Assembly (NCBI RefSeq): GCF_006345805.1
Contig: NC_043000.1
Coordinates: forward strand, 63,612,001-63,676,000
Length of the DNA: 64,000 bases
Reading direction: 5' to 3'
Source of the DNA: Octopus sinensis
Taxonomy: Eukaryota
Positions 24,868-38,000 of the stretch are shown here, piece after piece (positions within the stretch are counted from its first letter, which is position 1; each line of letters begins with the position of its first letter). Made by a program: the position numbers and the translations under genes. Under the pieces are notes generated by a model. It saw only the letters and a list, made by a program, of their open reading frames with translations. It did not search any database and was not told the origin of the DNA.

Positions 24868-26215
24868 TAACACAACACGTGTAGTTATCACCCCTGTGCC
24901 TTGAACAAAATTTGTTTACATTAGTCACTAAAGTGGTTTAAAATTCTAACAGAAAACTTTTTACACACTTCAGTACTGAATTCTAACTTAGCGTGGACGT
25001 TGATTGAAAGAAGTTAAGAAATTTCAGGCTGGTCGTGTAATTGACAATAAAGAAATGGTACTTTTATATGTACGTGTTGAGACATTTTATGCAATCTATT
25101 TGTTCACTCTTCCTGTAAACATCTTTAGTTTATTTAAATTTTTATATGATTATTACAAGTGCAAAACAAAGGCTTACACAAAAATATAATATAGAGATAT
25201 ACGCTTAAAACTATAAGTAGATACGCATTTACAGAGATGCAACACTATGACATATACTTATGTATGGTTGAAAGAATAAGAGCTGATATGTATGTGCGAG
25301 TGGTGCGTATGTTTGTGGATGTGTGTGAAGCAAAAACAATTCATTGATTGATTGAGTTAATGACTGAGTGAGGGAATATGTGAGAGATTAATATCGTAAC
25401 AATAGGTGGAAATGGTGGGGACATTCTTCTATTGGCGTCGTTGTTAATAACATTAGAGGTGTCTGACATCTATAAAATCAGCGCGAAGTACTACAAGACA
25501 ACGCCCCTTACGCTTTGAACATGAAAAAAATAATACTCATTTCTCACTATTTAGATGTCAGAGCAAAATGAAGACACTTCGAAATAGCCATTCCCCAAGG
25601 AATATGTTCGCTAGAATGACCTCCACAAACAAATTTAATATATAATACTGCACAAATTATTATACGTTCCTTGTATTATGTAACATCAGATTAGCCCTAA
25701 TCGAATATACGTATGATCAAAAGCATTCCACTTGTGATCGCCCCGTCTATTTTTAGTATAACAGGAACTAATTTGCGCAATGTGTCATATAAGACGTTAG
25801 ATTGTGGTTCGAGCGAAATTTGGTTGCTATTTCTAGACGATTGCTTATAGTCCTCCTTGTTCTGGGTGTATATATTGGCATGTAGTGTAGTCAAGGATTC
25901 ATGTTATGCCATTTGCTCAGCAAAATAACAAATTTAGAAAAGACTATATGAAATAATACCGTGAAAATTGGGAGATATTGCAAACTGGGAGAGTAAATGG
26001 AGAAAGAATAGAACCAGCGATAAATATTGGTGGGCTGCATCGGTTTCAATTAGTAGATGATAATTGCTTTTAAGTTCGTATGTCGTTAGGGGAGCTTCTT
26101 ACATTTCGGATAATATTCTTCATCGAGGAAAGGAAAACGTTTCAGAGATATCTTTATAAAATAAACAAAGGCTTTACACATATTTAATTTACCGATTAAT
26201 ATGTAAAAGCAGTAA

Positions 26216-26430
26216 GGCGGTGAGCTGGCAGAATCGTTGACCCGCCGAACAAAATGCTTAACGGCATTTCATCCGTTTTTTAGGTTCTGAGTTCAAATTT
26301 CTCTGAGGTCGACTTTGCCTTTCATCCTTTCGGGGTTGATAAAATAAGTACCATTTGATCACTGAGGTCAATGTAATCGACTTATCCCTTACCCTGAAAT
26401 TGTTGGCCTTGTACCAAAATCTGAAACCAA
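26216..26430 (+). mobile_element. SINE family B
   Basis: Full head-to-tail match to 8616-8826. Confidence 0.9.
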
Positions 26431-27666
26431 CATGCAAAGGTCTTTGTGAAATCTATTCACGAAAGACGTATCTAGCTACAAAAATGAAAGCTACCCAACG
26501 AGTATTAAAAAATAAGAATATGAATTCTTTAAGGACTAAGCTAGGATTCGCAATAGCGTTCGCTGAACTCATTAACATGCTCTGCTCGTGTTCATTTAAA
26601 AAACCCCAATACTAATCTTAAATATTTCGTGGGATTTAAAGCTTTCTTCAAATGTACATAAGTACTAAGTATATAAAACGAACATGTTTTCATTCAGTCT
26701 AAACCATCCCGAAAATCAAGTTTAGTTTGTATGACAATACAGTTGACCTTTTCTCGGAAATATTCTCATAGATAAAAATAATTTTTTTCATAATAGCGTG
26801 TATAATCAGAGATATTTACATTATGAAAATTTCCGTTTACTTAGGAAGCATACGTAAATAAAGGTCACATAGTAAAAGAAAATAAAAAAACTTGCGAAAA
26901 ACACGATCCTTTGCAGAATTATGCAATAATTAACGTTAGAGTATGTTCTTTTACGTGACTTTTATGTCGAAGAAGAAATGGTATCTAATTAATATAGCAA
27001 ATGAGAATCTAGCGGTTTATTACAGTCTAGGTGGTTCTGCAAATGGGTTAAAACTCGACTGAACAATGAGATGCGATTAAAATATTATACAATATTTCTT
27101 TAACGAGCCGTACCTTATTCCAACAGAGTTTACGTCATTCACTTAAATCTATCAATACAAACCTATATGCGCGCGCACACATACTCACACTCACGTGCAT
27201 ACACACTTACATATGCATATCTAAAGAACGTACATTTATCTATGTACGTAGCTACATTAATTTTCGCACATAAAAATTTATATCTTAAATGTTTTATAAG
27301 TGAATTTAGCGTACATACAACACATGTATGTCAACAAGAGACTTTCCGAGCGGTCGCCCGAGTTGCTAAAATAACAACTAAATTTTCTTTAAATCACACC
27401 TAGCAGTTTCACTTGAAATAAGACTGGTCGTCGTGGACAATGCTTTGATCATAAATCCGTTTGAGTTGGGAAGATCTTAGGGTTAAACAACAGCAACATG
27501 CATGTCTGAAATGTGAAACACAAAATTTGAAATTAATGTCAAGGTGCTTCTGTGTAGTTCCAAGCTTTACATACTAGGAAGAGCGGTCAAATTGTCCCCA
27601 AGTCACATCAATTCAACAACTTTTTGTCAATTTCAGCTACTAACTTGCATCAAATTATAACCTATA

Positions 27667-27802
27667 GGCACAGGAGTGGCTGTGTGGTGAAAAGCTTGCT
27701 TCCCAACCACATGATTCCGGGTTCAGTCCCCTTGGGCAAGTCTCTCCTACTATAGCCTCAGGTCTTGTGTATTTGGTAAACGGAGACTGAAAGAAGCTCG
27801 TC

Positions 27803-27804
<2 letters not shown>
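27667..27804 (+). mobile_element. SINE family A 5' half
   Basis: ggcacaggagtggctgtgtggt...gggttcagtccc cttgggcaag. Confidence 0.9.
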
Positions 27805-27837
<33 letters not shown>

Positions 27838-27845
27838 GAATAAGT

Positions 27846-27884
<39 letters not shown>

Positions 27885-27885
<1 letters not shown>

Positions 27886-28295
27886 TGATAAAAATGGTAA
27901 GACAACAAAAGAATGAAAGAGACCTCGATATTATGTAAATAGAGGAATTTATCTGTAAATGTAATATGTGACAATTATTCGGTACCCATGATAAAACTCC
28001 GAGTTTCGGATGTCGGGGTGGAAATCCACGCCGCCATCTCTTCTGCCATCGGGAAAAATGTTATGAAAATGACCGTTAAAAAAAGGGATGTTACTGTGCG
28101 ATTGACTGTTATTAAGACAAAAGAGCTATTTGAATGACCGCTAAGTGAGGGGAGGAAGTAAAAGTAAGGGGTGAAAATATTCAGAGTATTCGCGTAAGCG
28201 CGCATGTCCATACCTACATATGCGCGCCCGCACACCCACGTACATGCGCCTATAAGTATACACTCATCCACCCTCACTTGAAACTCATCCACCCT
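27885..28295 (-). mobile_element. PLE terminal region with hammerhead-like motif (~27990-28040)
   Basis: Minus: CAGAAGA gatggcggcgtgga tt tccaccccgacatc CGAAACTCGGAGTTT; adjoins the PLE RT fragment. Confidence 0.55.
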
Positions 28296-28590
28296 CACTT
28301 GTCGAGGAAGTTGCTCAAACGATGGATTTCACAAGCAGGGCCAGCAATGATGGGTTTCAATTTGAGGTCAGTAGGGGGAGGAACATTAATGCACAGGCTT
28401 GGAGAAACTTTACAAGCTTTACAAATATGTAGATTTTTGTGTATTTTAGGTAATTTGTAGACCAGTCTAGGTCTGTATTTAAAATTGGATAAATAGTCTA
28501 TTTCATGTTTAGTGTGGCCCTTTCCATGTATTTGAAGTAAGGAGGATAAGTTTTTAAATGCCTTCTGTGGCTTGCATTCTGTAGGGTATT
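28296..28590 (-). pseudogene. Penelope-like RT fragment
   Basis: HTKHEIDYLSNFKYRPRLVYKLPKIHK...PTDLKLKPIIAGPACEIHRLSNFLDK (LPKIHK and RPII-type motifs). Confidence 0.9.
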
Positions 28591-28644
28591 AAAAGGAAAA
28601 CTAAATCAGAGAAGGAAAATTAAATCAAGAAACAGAATTGTGAA

Positions 28645-29060
28645 ATGGAACAAAATGTACAAGAACAACCGAAAATAATCAACTTATCAAAGATAATTCT
28701 AAGTATTACACAAACTAAAATTCTAGCAAGAGGTTTAAAGTTTAATCCAAGCCCTCGCAGATCGAACCCGAATGAAATTAAGGATAACACTATGGATTTC
28801 TACCGAAAATTACGCCTCACAGAAGCACTTCACAACTACACCAGCGAAGATGGCTCGATAGTAAAAAACAAAAGTGAATACTGTCCTACAAAAGGCAGAA
28901 ATAAAGCACTTGATGCTTTTTGTGAATACATTACCAGTTTTCCTTTTAATACCCTACAAAAACAACGAATTAAATCCAACCTTAATGTAAATGAATGGAA
29001 AGACCTAATCCAGTTAAAAGATGATATAAACCTCACCATTAAAGAAGCCGACAAAGGGTA
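28645..29060 (+). pseudogene. Penelope-like polyprotein N-terminal region
   Basis: IINLS...ILARGLKFNP...FYRKLRL...SNLN...LTIKEADKG (PLE DKG motif). Confidence 0.9.
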
Positions 29061-29089
29061 TCTAGGGTGTCTACTCCTTCTTTTGTTAT

Positions 29090-30432
29090 GTTGTTACACG
29101 TAATAACTTCAGGTTTCTTTTCAGCACTTTTTGAATCAATTGAAAGCTGAGAGTGCATTGTACATAAATGTGACGACGTAATTTTTCTTGGAACAATAAG
29201 ATAGGATCATAGAAACCTTTTGAAATCCAATCCAAATATTGTGCTGTTGATTTCTTTTCTTTTCCATTTGTGAAAGCACTTGTAAGTTCAACTCTGTTCT
29301 TTCTAATCGTTCGAACAAAAGTAGTTTTCTTGCTAAGCAGCTTTCGAGCCAATCCTAGATTTGGAAAAAACATTATCACAAACTATATTGCGACCAGTAT
29401 TTTCAAGTTCTTTTCCTAGGTCTTCAACAACTCTTGAACCTTGGTTTATCTCTCTTCCTTTTATTGGGTCTTTTCCAGTGTAAATTTACATTTTCCAGGT
29501 ATAAGATGTTTCACTGTCGTATGTTGCCCAAAGTTTAATTCCATATTTCCCTGGTCGGCTTTGAAGGAATAAATGCCCGGAATGGACAGCGCCCTCTGAA
29601 TGAAACTAATTGTTCATCAACTGTCATGCATGAACTTGGAATATATCCATCTTGCAAATTCTGATTCCACATTTCAAATACTTCTCTTATGGGCTCCAAT
29701 TTATCATCACTTCTCTTTTTTCTTCTTGCACTAGCATCATCAAAACGCAATACTTGTAAAATCTGCTGAAATCTTCCCCGGCTCATTTTTTTTTTTTTAA
29801 TATTGGGTGGCCATCTTCTTGACTCCATAACTGTGTAACATTTTCATATTTAGATTTATAAACACCTATAAGAATAATCAGTCCAATAAATTTCTTTAGT
29901 TCAGAGGGATCAATTTCCTTCCATTTATCTTTGTAAACAACCTGACCTTCAACATTTGTCCATTTACGAATTACTTCAAGAAGATTCTGGCGCATAAAGA
30001 TAGTAAAACATCAACCTATAACCTAGCGAACTGAAGGTGATGCAATACCACACATATTTACAGGAATGTTTTCATGATTTTTCCTATTTTATCTAAAATT
30101 CAGCAAATAAATTGAATACAATTTTATCTATTTATATCAGATGAATATCTAGGAGAATAATATTTGATACTGCTTTTATTGTTTAGAAAGACAAGAATAT
30201 TGTCTGAATTTAATTCGAGGGTCCAATGGACCCATACGATAATTAATGTATGAAATGAAATTTTCAAGCCTCTATAAACTTACGGAAAATTTCCCATTTG
30301 GCAAATAAAAAAGAGTCAAGAAAAAACAAGAGTCACGAGAAATCAGTAGAATCAAATAATATAAACAGTAGAAAAAAGCAACTTAAAAAAGCGAAATGGG
30401 TCCATTAGACCCATTGGTAGACAGAAGATTAA
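29090..30432 (-). mobile_element. piggyBac (PGBD4-like) transposon, frameshifted and 3'-deleted
   Basis: MSRGRFQQILQVLRFDD...MTVDEQLVSFRGRCPFRAFIPSKP, GRNIVCDN; TTAA at 30429-30432 with GGGTC(N5)GACCC subterminal motifs at 30219 and 30398. Confidence 0.92.
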
Positions 30433-30641
30433 GGTCTTCCTTACTTATATGAATGTATATATGTATGTGTACGTGTGTATGTGTGTGTGTGTGTGCGTGC
30501 GTGTGTATGTAAATGTAGGCATTATGAATGTATGTATGCATAAAGATACAAGTAACTATTTATCTCTTTCCATCTCTCTCCATCTCTCACTCTCTCTCTC
30601 TCTCTCTCTTTCTCCAAACATATATATATATATACATACAT

Positions 30642-30677
<36 letters not shown>

Positions 30678-30897
30678 GTACATTCATACCATACGTACAT
30701 TTATGTATCAGCATACACACACACACAAATATAAATATATATGTATATATACATACACACACACGAGTGCACAGGACTTGCAGTCGCCATAGGTTCTCTC
30801 TTGTCTGCATGTAGATTAACTTGAAGAGCGATCAGTTAATATACCTGAGCACTTGCTTAAGATATTCCTTACATATATGAATGAATACATGTATGTG

Positions 30898-30900
<3 letters not shown>

Positions 30901-30978
<78 letters not shown>
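30901..30978. repeat. (GT)n microsatellite
   Basis: Read directly. Confidence 0.95.
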
Positions 30979-30983
<5 letters not shown>

Positions 30984-31513
30984 CGTGCTTTTCCATAATC
31001 TTCATGCTAAGTTACATGCAAAACAAACTATATTTTTCAGATCGATGTGATTCTAGAGAATGATTTTCTCTCGAATGACAATTTTATTTTAGTTGTCTTA
31101 ACCTGTGACAGCGTGATGTCAATTATCGTTTCGGCATGCGTCCAGTAAAATGTCAACGGCGGAGGATGACAAGTAGCAAACTTATCCACACGCATACGTA
31201 TAAGCAAACGTGTGCAAGCACAAACATTTATAGACGTAGATGTTTATTATATGGATGTGTATGTGTGCGCGCGTATGTGTTATACGAGTGTGTATTTTTG
31301 TGCTGTGTTTATTATGTGTACAGCTCATTTTTGCATCGCGGTATGGAAAAGAACCAGGATTCTTTAGATCAAGTGCAGTAATGAGTAAACGGCGGCTTGC
31401 GAGATTTTCTGAATGGCGCGCTTAACGAAAAATTATTTTGAATTATGAATTATGTCGCATGCGACCCGCTTCTCGAAAGAAGGTTGCCCATGTCAGATCT
31501 AGTGGCTTAGTTA

Positions 31514-32593
31514 AATATGTACCTAAAAGAAACCGGAATTTTGCAATATTATTTTATTCACTTAGTTTTGCATGTAAACATTTTTACCGCCTTCAAAGTA
31601 TTCTCCATATCAAGCAATGCATCGGTCCAGACTCGTTTTCCACTATTCGAAGCAGTCCTGGAATTCTTGCGAAGTGATGCCTTTAAACGCATCCATCATT
31701 TTTTTCTTCACCTCTTCCACATCAAAATGTTTACCGTTAAGAACATTTTTCATGCGAGAGAACGAAAAAAATGTCGCATGGAGCAAGAACGGGTGAATAG
31801 GGAAGGTGGGTAAGCGGGATCATGCCATTTTTGGTCAAAAACTGTCTCACAGTCACGACGGTATGCGCAGGCGCATTGTCGTGATGAAACCGCCGCTCAC
31901 CACTTTGCCACAGGTCGGGTTGTTTTCGTCTCACCGCGTTGCAAACGCTTCAGAACTGCCAAGTAAAATGACTGGTTAACAGATTGACTAGGAGGAACAA
32001 ATACTGTGGACAATTCCTTTCGCATCGATTAAACAAACCAGCATCGTTTTAACATTGGATTTCACTTGACGAACTTTTGCGGGGCGTGGTGATATTGATT
32101 GCTTCTTCGTTTCCGGGCCTTAGCCGTAGTACCAACTTTCATCGCCAGTGATGGCCTTCGAAAAAAGGTCCGGCTCATCTTCCAACCGTTCTTTCAGTTC
32201 ACGACATGCATTCAGTCGTGACTGCTTTGATCTTTCGGAAGCAAGCAAGGCACAAATTTTGCTGCAAACTCTTCATTCGCAATTCCTCGCTGAAAATTCG
32301 TTAGCATGAGCTCCAGCACACACCACTCATATCAACAAGTTCGTCAATTTTTCGGCGACGGTCATTCAAAATTAGATCACGAATTTTCGCGATGTTTTCA
32401 TTCCTACAGGAGGTCGACAGTCACCCTGAACGAGGCTGGTCTTCAAGCGACAAGGGACTGTTCCTAAAGGGTGAAAACCACATGTAAACTTGTGTTTTAC
32501 TCATGTCAGTGTCTCTGTAAGCTGTTTGAAGCATGACAACTGTTTCGGTCGCCGAAACAGAATTTCATGGAAGCACAATGTTTCTTCGTTTCA

Positions 32594-32598
<5 letters not shown>
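31514..32598 (-). mobile_element. mariner transposase pseudogene
   Basis: ATG at 32598 (MAETKKHCASMKFCF), KFVP, HHDNAPAH, LPYSPVLAPCD, GEYFEG; TIR-like sequence at about 31514-31545. Confidence 0.9.
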
Positions 32599-32627
<29 letters not shown>

Positions 32628-32632
<5 letters not shown>

Positions 32633-32790
32633 CGGCTTCTTTCAGTTTCCGTCAACCAAATCCACACAAAGCTTTGGTCGGCTCGGGGCTATAGAAGAAG
32701 ACACTCGCCCAAAGTATCACGCAGTGGGACTGAACCCGGAAACATGTAGTTGGGAAGCAAGGTTCTTACCACACAGCCACTCCTGCACCT
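32628..32790 (-). mobile_element. SINE family A 5' half
   Basis: Matches the other family A copies. Confidence 0.9.
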
Positions 32791-32859
32791 CACATACCTC
32801 ACCTCTCTCTATATATATATATATATGGTGTGTGTGTGTGTGTGTGTGTGCGTGTGTGT

Positions 32860-32904
<45 letters not shown>

Positions 32905-32907
<3 letters not shown>

Positions 32908-33630
32908 CCCTCAGATCAATACTAATCAAAAGACATTACCCAATATTATTAATAAATGATGTCATTAAACGAGCTAAGGAAATAGATATACGAACATTAA
33001 GGGAAGTCAACCGAAATACTAAACCACACTTAAAAATACTCCCATACATCTCCACACATAACCCTAGAAACAATGAAGCCTTCAATATTATTATCCAAAA
33101 TCTACCCATCCTCACTGAACAAAATTTTAGACTCACACAAAATTATTAAAAGCAAAATACAACCTAAATCATTGAAAAACATTAACCAGCGCAAGACTAT
33201 ATTCATTAACAACGGAACCAAAAGTGAAAAAATGTGGTCGACCTACTGTGGTACATGCCCTCACATTTTGGAGGGTTCAGAGTTCCACTTTAAACAAGGT
33301 AAAATATTTAAGATTAAATCAAATGCCACCTGTGCCTCGGAAAAGCTAATCTATGCCATTACATGTTTAGGGTGTGGTAATCATTATATTGGCCAAACAG
33401 GAATATCACTCCGTCGAAGAACCACTCTCCACAAAGAACAAATCCGCCACCCACAATACAGACAGATGCAGGTCAGTGAACACATAGAAAGGTGTGCTAG
33501 GAACCTAAATCCTAATTTCCTAATTTTTCCCTTCTATCAATGTTCACAGAACACCTCAGTACAACAAAGAATGAATAAAGTGGCAACTTTCATTAATAAA
33601 TATCTACCTCAACTCAATATAAACACATAA
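32905..33630 (+). pseudogene. Penelope-like RT thumb/linker and GIY-YIG endonuclease
   Basis: LIKRHYP...LPYISTHNP; CGTCPHI...TCASEKLIYAITCLGCGNHYIGQTGISLRRRTTLH...VSEH...FINKYLPQLN. Confidence 0.93.
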
Positions 33631-33812
33631 CTTAATACAAAACACTACTAACCTTTCAATTAATACTACCCATGCATCCCATACACCATTCACATTACAG
33701 AGTTATATCTACCCTAATTGCACCAAATCTAGAACTACTTACCTCCCTTACACATAATCTTTTTACTCAGGGACTAGTTGACCCGACACCGTTCGGTAAT
33801 CGGTACGCATCC

Positions 33813-33851
33813 AAAGCAGTGATCAGTAATTTTACGAAACCGGTATGCTTT
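33813..33851 (+). ncRNA. Minimal type-I hammerhead ribozyme, G3-C8 variant
   Basis: aaagca GTGATCA gtaa tt ttac GAA ACCGGT A tgcttt: all stems pair; predicted cleavage after A33845. Confidence 0.8.
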
Positions 33852-34035
33852 TGAATCTCTCTAACAATTCCCAATAATGACTTTTATTACTTTTATTCCT
33901 ACCTCAGTTCATCTAATTGTATATATCTATCGTTACTTTTCATAAAAAGCCTTTACTTCTTACTTTCCCCTTACATTTCCACGTGTAGTTTCTATTTTCT
34001 TTTTGTAACATATTTCTATTATATATATATATATA

Positions 34036-34175
34036 TACAGAGTAGAGTTGCATCAAAAGGGTTAAAATAAACTTACTTGGAAGTGGATGCGTGGCGTTCA
34101 ATTAAATAATGATACAAACAATATATATATATTAAATATATATTATATTATATATTATATATTATATATATATGT

Positions 34176-34224
<49 letters not shown>

Positions 34225-34503
34225 GTGTGTGCATATATAGGTACGTGTGTGTGCATATATAGGTATCTCCAATAGTAAACAACATGAAATACGAAAACAA
34301 ATGAGTTAAATACGCAAATCGCGAGAGAGAAAAAAAGGACAAGTAATACAAAGAATGACCTTTCAGTAGCTGTCGGCATGGGAGCAACCGTCTTCAAAGA
34401 CTCATATTATCGCTGATTACTTGAAACGTGAAATTTGCGTATTTAATTCATTTGCGTATGTATCTCATTTGTTTACGTATTTCATGTTGTTTACTGTTCT
34501 CAT

Positions 34504-34534
<31 letters not shown>

Positions 34535-34576
34535 CATATATAGATGTGTGTGTGTGTGTCTGTCTGTCTGTGTGTG

Positions 34577-34614
<38 letters not shown>

Positions 34615-34941
34615 TGTGTGTGTGCATATATGAGAACAGTAAACAACATGAAATACGTAAACAAATGAGTTAAATACCCAACTTACGACAGAGAATAAAG
34701 GACAAGTAATACAAAGAATGACTTTTCATCAGTTGTCGGCTGTCTATCTACTCCCCATTTCGAGTAATCAACGACAGTATGAATCTTCAAAGACAGTTGC
34801 TCCCATGCCGACAACTAAGGAAGGGTCATTCTTTGCATTACTTGTCCTTTTTTCTTGCTTTTTGCGTGTTTAACTCATTTGTTTTCGTATTTCATGTTGT
34901 TTACTGCTGGTGACGTTCTGTACTTATATATGCATATATAT

Positions 34942-35016
<75 letters not shown>

Positions 35017-35099
35017 TTTATATAATTATTTAATTGAATGCCACACATCCATTTCCAAGTAAGTTTATCTTAACCTATTTAATGCGACTCTAGTCTATA
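34036..35099. repeat. ~1.06 kb imperfect nested palindrome of PLE-like terminal modules
   Basis: 34036-34123 pairs with 35011-35099; 34271-34428 with 34757-34906; 34432-34503 with 34628-34680. Confidence 0.85.
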
Positions 35100-36395
35100 C
35101 TGTTTTCTCTCCTATCCTCTCTAATTTCCTTTTTTCCCCTCTTTCACCTTTTTCTATCTATCTATCTCCCTCTTTCTCTTTTTCTTTTTCTCTCATTGCT
35201 CACATGTGGCTATCGTCCATATTTCTTTTCCTCACGTGACCATCTTCCTTTCATGCACGGACGTTCTAAGAACTGGACGTCTCCTATCTCTCTCTCTCTT
35301 CTATCTTTTATCAAAGAAAATATTTCTCTCAGCGTTCACTATTTTCCCCTCCATGTTAGTTTTCGTCCAGTTTCCCTGTATGTCTCCACTGTCCTGTTTT
35401 TGTTCCTAACTTTGACTCTCCTTAAATCCAAAATTTTATTTTGGTATTTATGTGAACAACTCTCTTTGAAGACTCATATTGTCGTTGATTGCTCGAAATG
35501 GGGAGTAGATAGACAGCCGAAAACTGATGAAGGGTCATTCTTTATATTACAATAATGAATGAATCATCGTTGGTTCAGCATGAAATATTATCGTTGCAAA
35601 AATAGTAATATCTTTCTTTTTTATTTTTCATTACAATCTGTAGTTTTTGATAAAATTTTTAAAATGTTTGTTTAAATAAACCAATTTCAAGAAAGTATGA
35701 AGCGGGCCTCAGGTTGGCCAGTCCTGGGTTAGACCATATGATATTACGGGGTCTTTTTCTTATCAGTAGTCCGTAAAACTTAGAAGTAAGTAACTTTTAT
35801 CATTGAGTCAACTTTTTGTAGGAAAATATTTTTACGACATATCAGATTCTTTCAAGTTATTAATTACATTTTTATAAACTATGGTGGTAATGAGTTCATA
35901 ATTTTTCACACGATCTTTCAGTTCAGTTTATTATATGGTTGATATGTATGTATTCGTCTCTAAATTTAATGCTACATCTATAGTATTAACATGTTTTGGA
36001 TACTATGATTATATGATCGATGCCTTTGAAGGTTCTGGTTGTATCATTCCTGAATTCAACTCATTTTAGACAGTAGAGACAATTGAGAACGCTACCCCAT
36101 CTCCCCCTATGTCCAACTAACACCAAATTTGATAGTATTCCATTGACATGGGTGAAATGTTTATGAATAGAAATGTTCTTTTTTTCTGATACGCATTATT
36201 ATGTGTTGCTACCCTTTATAGTTTACTAACTAAACGTACAATCAATTTTCTTGCTGATACAACGTAGTTCAAACAGAGGGTAACTTGATGGCAGAGGAGT
36301 GAATCACAAGTTTTGCATGAATATATGTATGTATATATGTGTGTATGTGAGTGTGTGTGGGTGTACGTGTGTGTGTGTATGTGTATGTGTGTATA

Positions 36396-36426
<31 letters not shown>

Positions 36427-36490
36427 ATATATGTATGTATATACATCAATTATAAACAAAGAGAGACATATATATATAATATAATATAAG

Positions 36491-36572
<82 letters not shown>

Positions 36573-36720
36573 TATTGAAGTAGATAAATGAATTATCTTA
36601 TTACGGATAATTCGAAAGATAACCGATACCTGGGTAGAAAAATTCACAACAGAAAGGGCACGGTTGAAGTTACGACCATGGGGCATAAAATCCGTGCCTT
36701 AGTGCGGAAATTTGAAGTTT

Positions 36721-37102
36721 TATATATTAAGTATAGGAAAGAATGGAGCTGAACGAAGAGTTAACAAAATTCCTTTATTTTATTTTCGAAATATGTTTCG
36801 AAGTCTACAAAGTCCCTAATTCCGATTGAATAAGGAGTCCATTTTGCAGCTTTCTCTTCAGGAAAATCCAGGAACTTAATTCTCCAACAAAATGCACAAC
36901 AAGCTTTTCGACAAACGCTCCTCGTGAGCGTTTGTCGAAAAGCTTGTTGTGCATTTTCCTGGATTTTCCTGAAGAGAAAGCTGCAAAATGGACTCCTTAT
37001 TCAATCGGAATTAGGGACTTTGCAGACTTCGAAACATATTTCGAAAATAAAATAAAGGAATTTTGTTAAATCTTCGTTCAGCTCCATTCTTTCCTATACT
37101 TA

Positions 37103-37109
<7 letters not shown>
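36721..37109. repeat. Near-perfect palindrome (5 nt loop) with a hammerhead motif in each arm
   Basis: Arms 36721-36920 and 36926-37109; two substitutions and a 16 nt indel seen; motifs at 36963-37048(+) and 36782-36867(-). Confidence 0.92.
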
Positions 37110-37134
<25 letters not shown>

Positions 37135-37148
37135 TATATATATACATA

Positions 37149-37995
37149 CTAGCAGAATATTGCCCGGCGTTGCTCGGGGCTGAATTGCTTGAAAGTACTG
37201 TTAATGATTGCACTGAATTATGATGATTATTCAGGCAAATATTGATATAAGCTTACGGTGGGAGATAAGGACTTAACGATCAAACGTGTGCCATTGCATT
37301 GTTTTGGGGGAACCAAATTTCTGATGAGCATTATATGGGCACCAACTTTAAGTTTGAGAAAGTGTGGTGGTAGTCCGGGGTGCTCAAAGGAATTGAGTAC
37401 CTCTATTGGATAGTTGATGACGTCCTCTGGGTCAGGAGTTGTATCGATAGACTGATATACATAGACTTCCTCAGGAATGAGTTTTAGCATTTCATCATTA
37501 ATATGGTGAACAGTTTTATTCCTCGGGGCCAGTATAGCCTTTTTGCCAATCCAATCCATATTCTGATAATTAGCTTGTAGATCTGGGAACACTGCATCTC
37601 TGAGATCAGAAGGCGTCTTAACAATGGTACAAATGGAATCGATGGCAATATTACCATTTTCATCCCCTGGTATTTTGCCTTCGCCAAGTGCAAGGAGGGT
37701 GTGAGGAAATGCTGCTGATGTGATATTACGTCGCATATGAGCACGCATATTGGTGTGAAGTTTGAGAGTTACTTCCCTTTATTTATAAAAATATGCATTA
37801 AAACGGAAAAAAATGATGGTAAGTTATTTGTAAAATCATAGACTCATCGTAGACGCGCGCTAATACCCAGAAGGGCTCGATATAAATCACGACTATAAGA
37901 TACCCGGTTTTGGTTAAACTGCATCGCAAAATGTGGGAGTAGTTAGGAATCTAAATCATAGTAGACAGACACACAACCTTTCTTTTATATATAAA
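37149..37995 (-). mobile_element. Internally deleted Helitron with both termini
   Basis: 3' hairpin cccgagcaacgccggg followed by CTAG (37149-37152); 5' end t(t)tatatataaaag; A|T target site. Confidence 0.88.
37227..37775 (-). pseudogene. Helitron PIF1-family helicase fragment (open frame)
   Basis: AILAPRN...YPIEVLNS...PGLPPHFLKLKVGAHIMLIRNL...CNGTRLIV. Confidence 0.92.
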
Positions 37996-38000
37996 TATTT

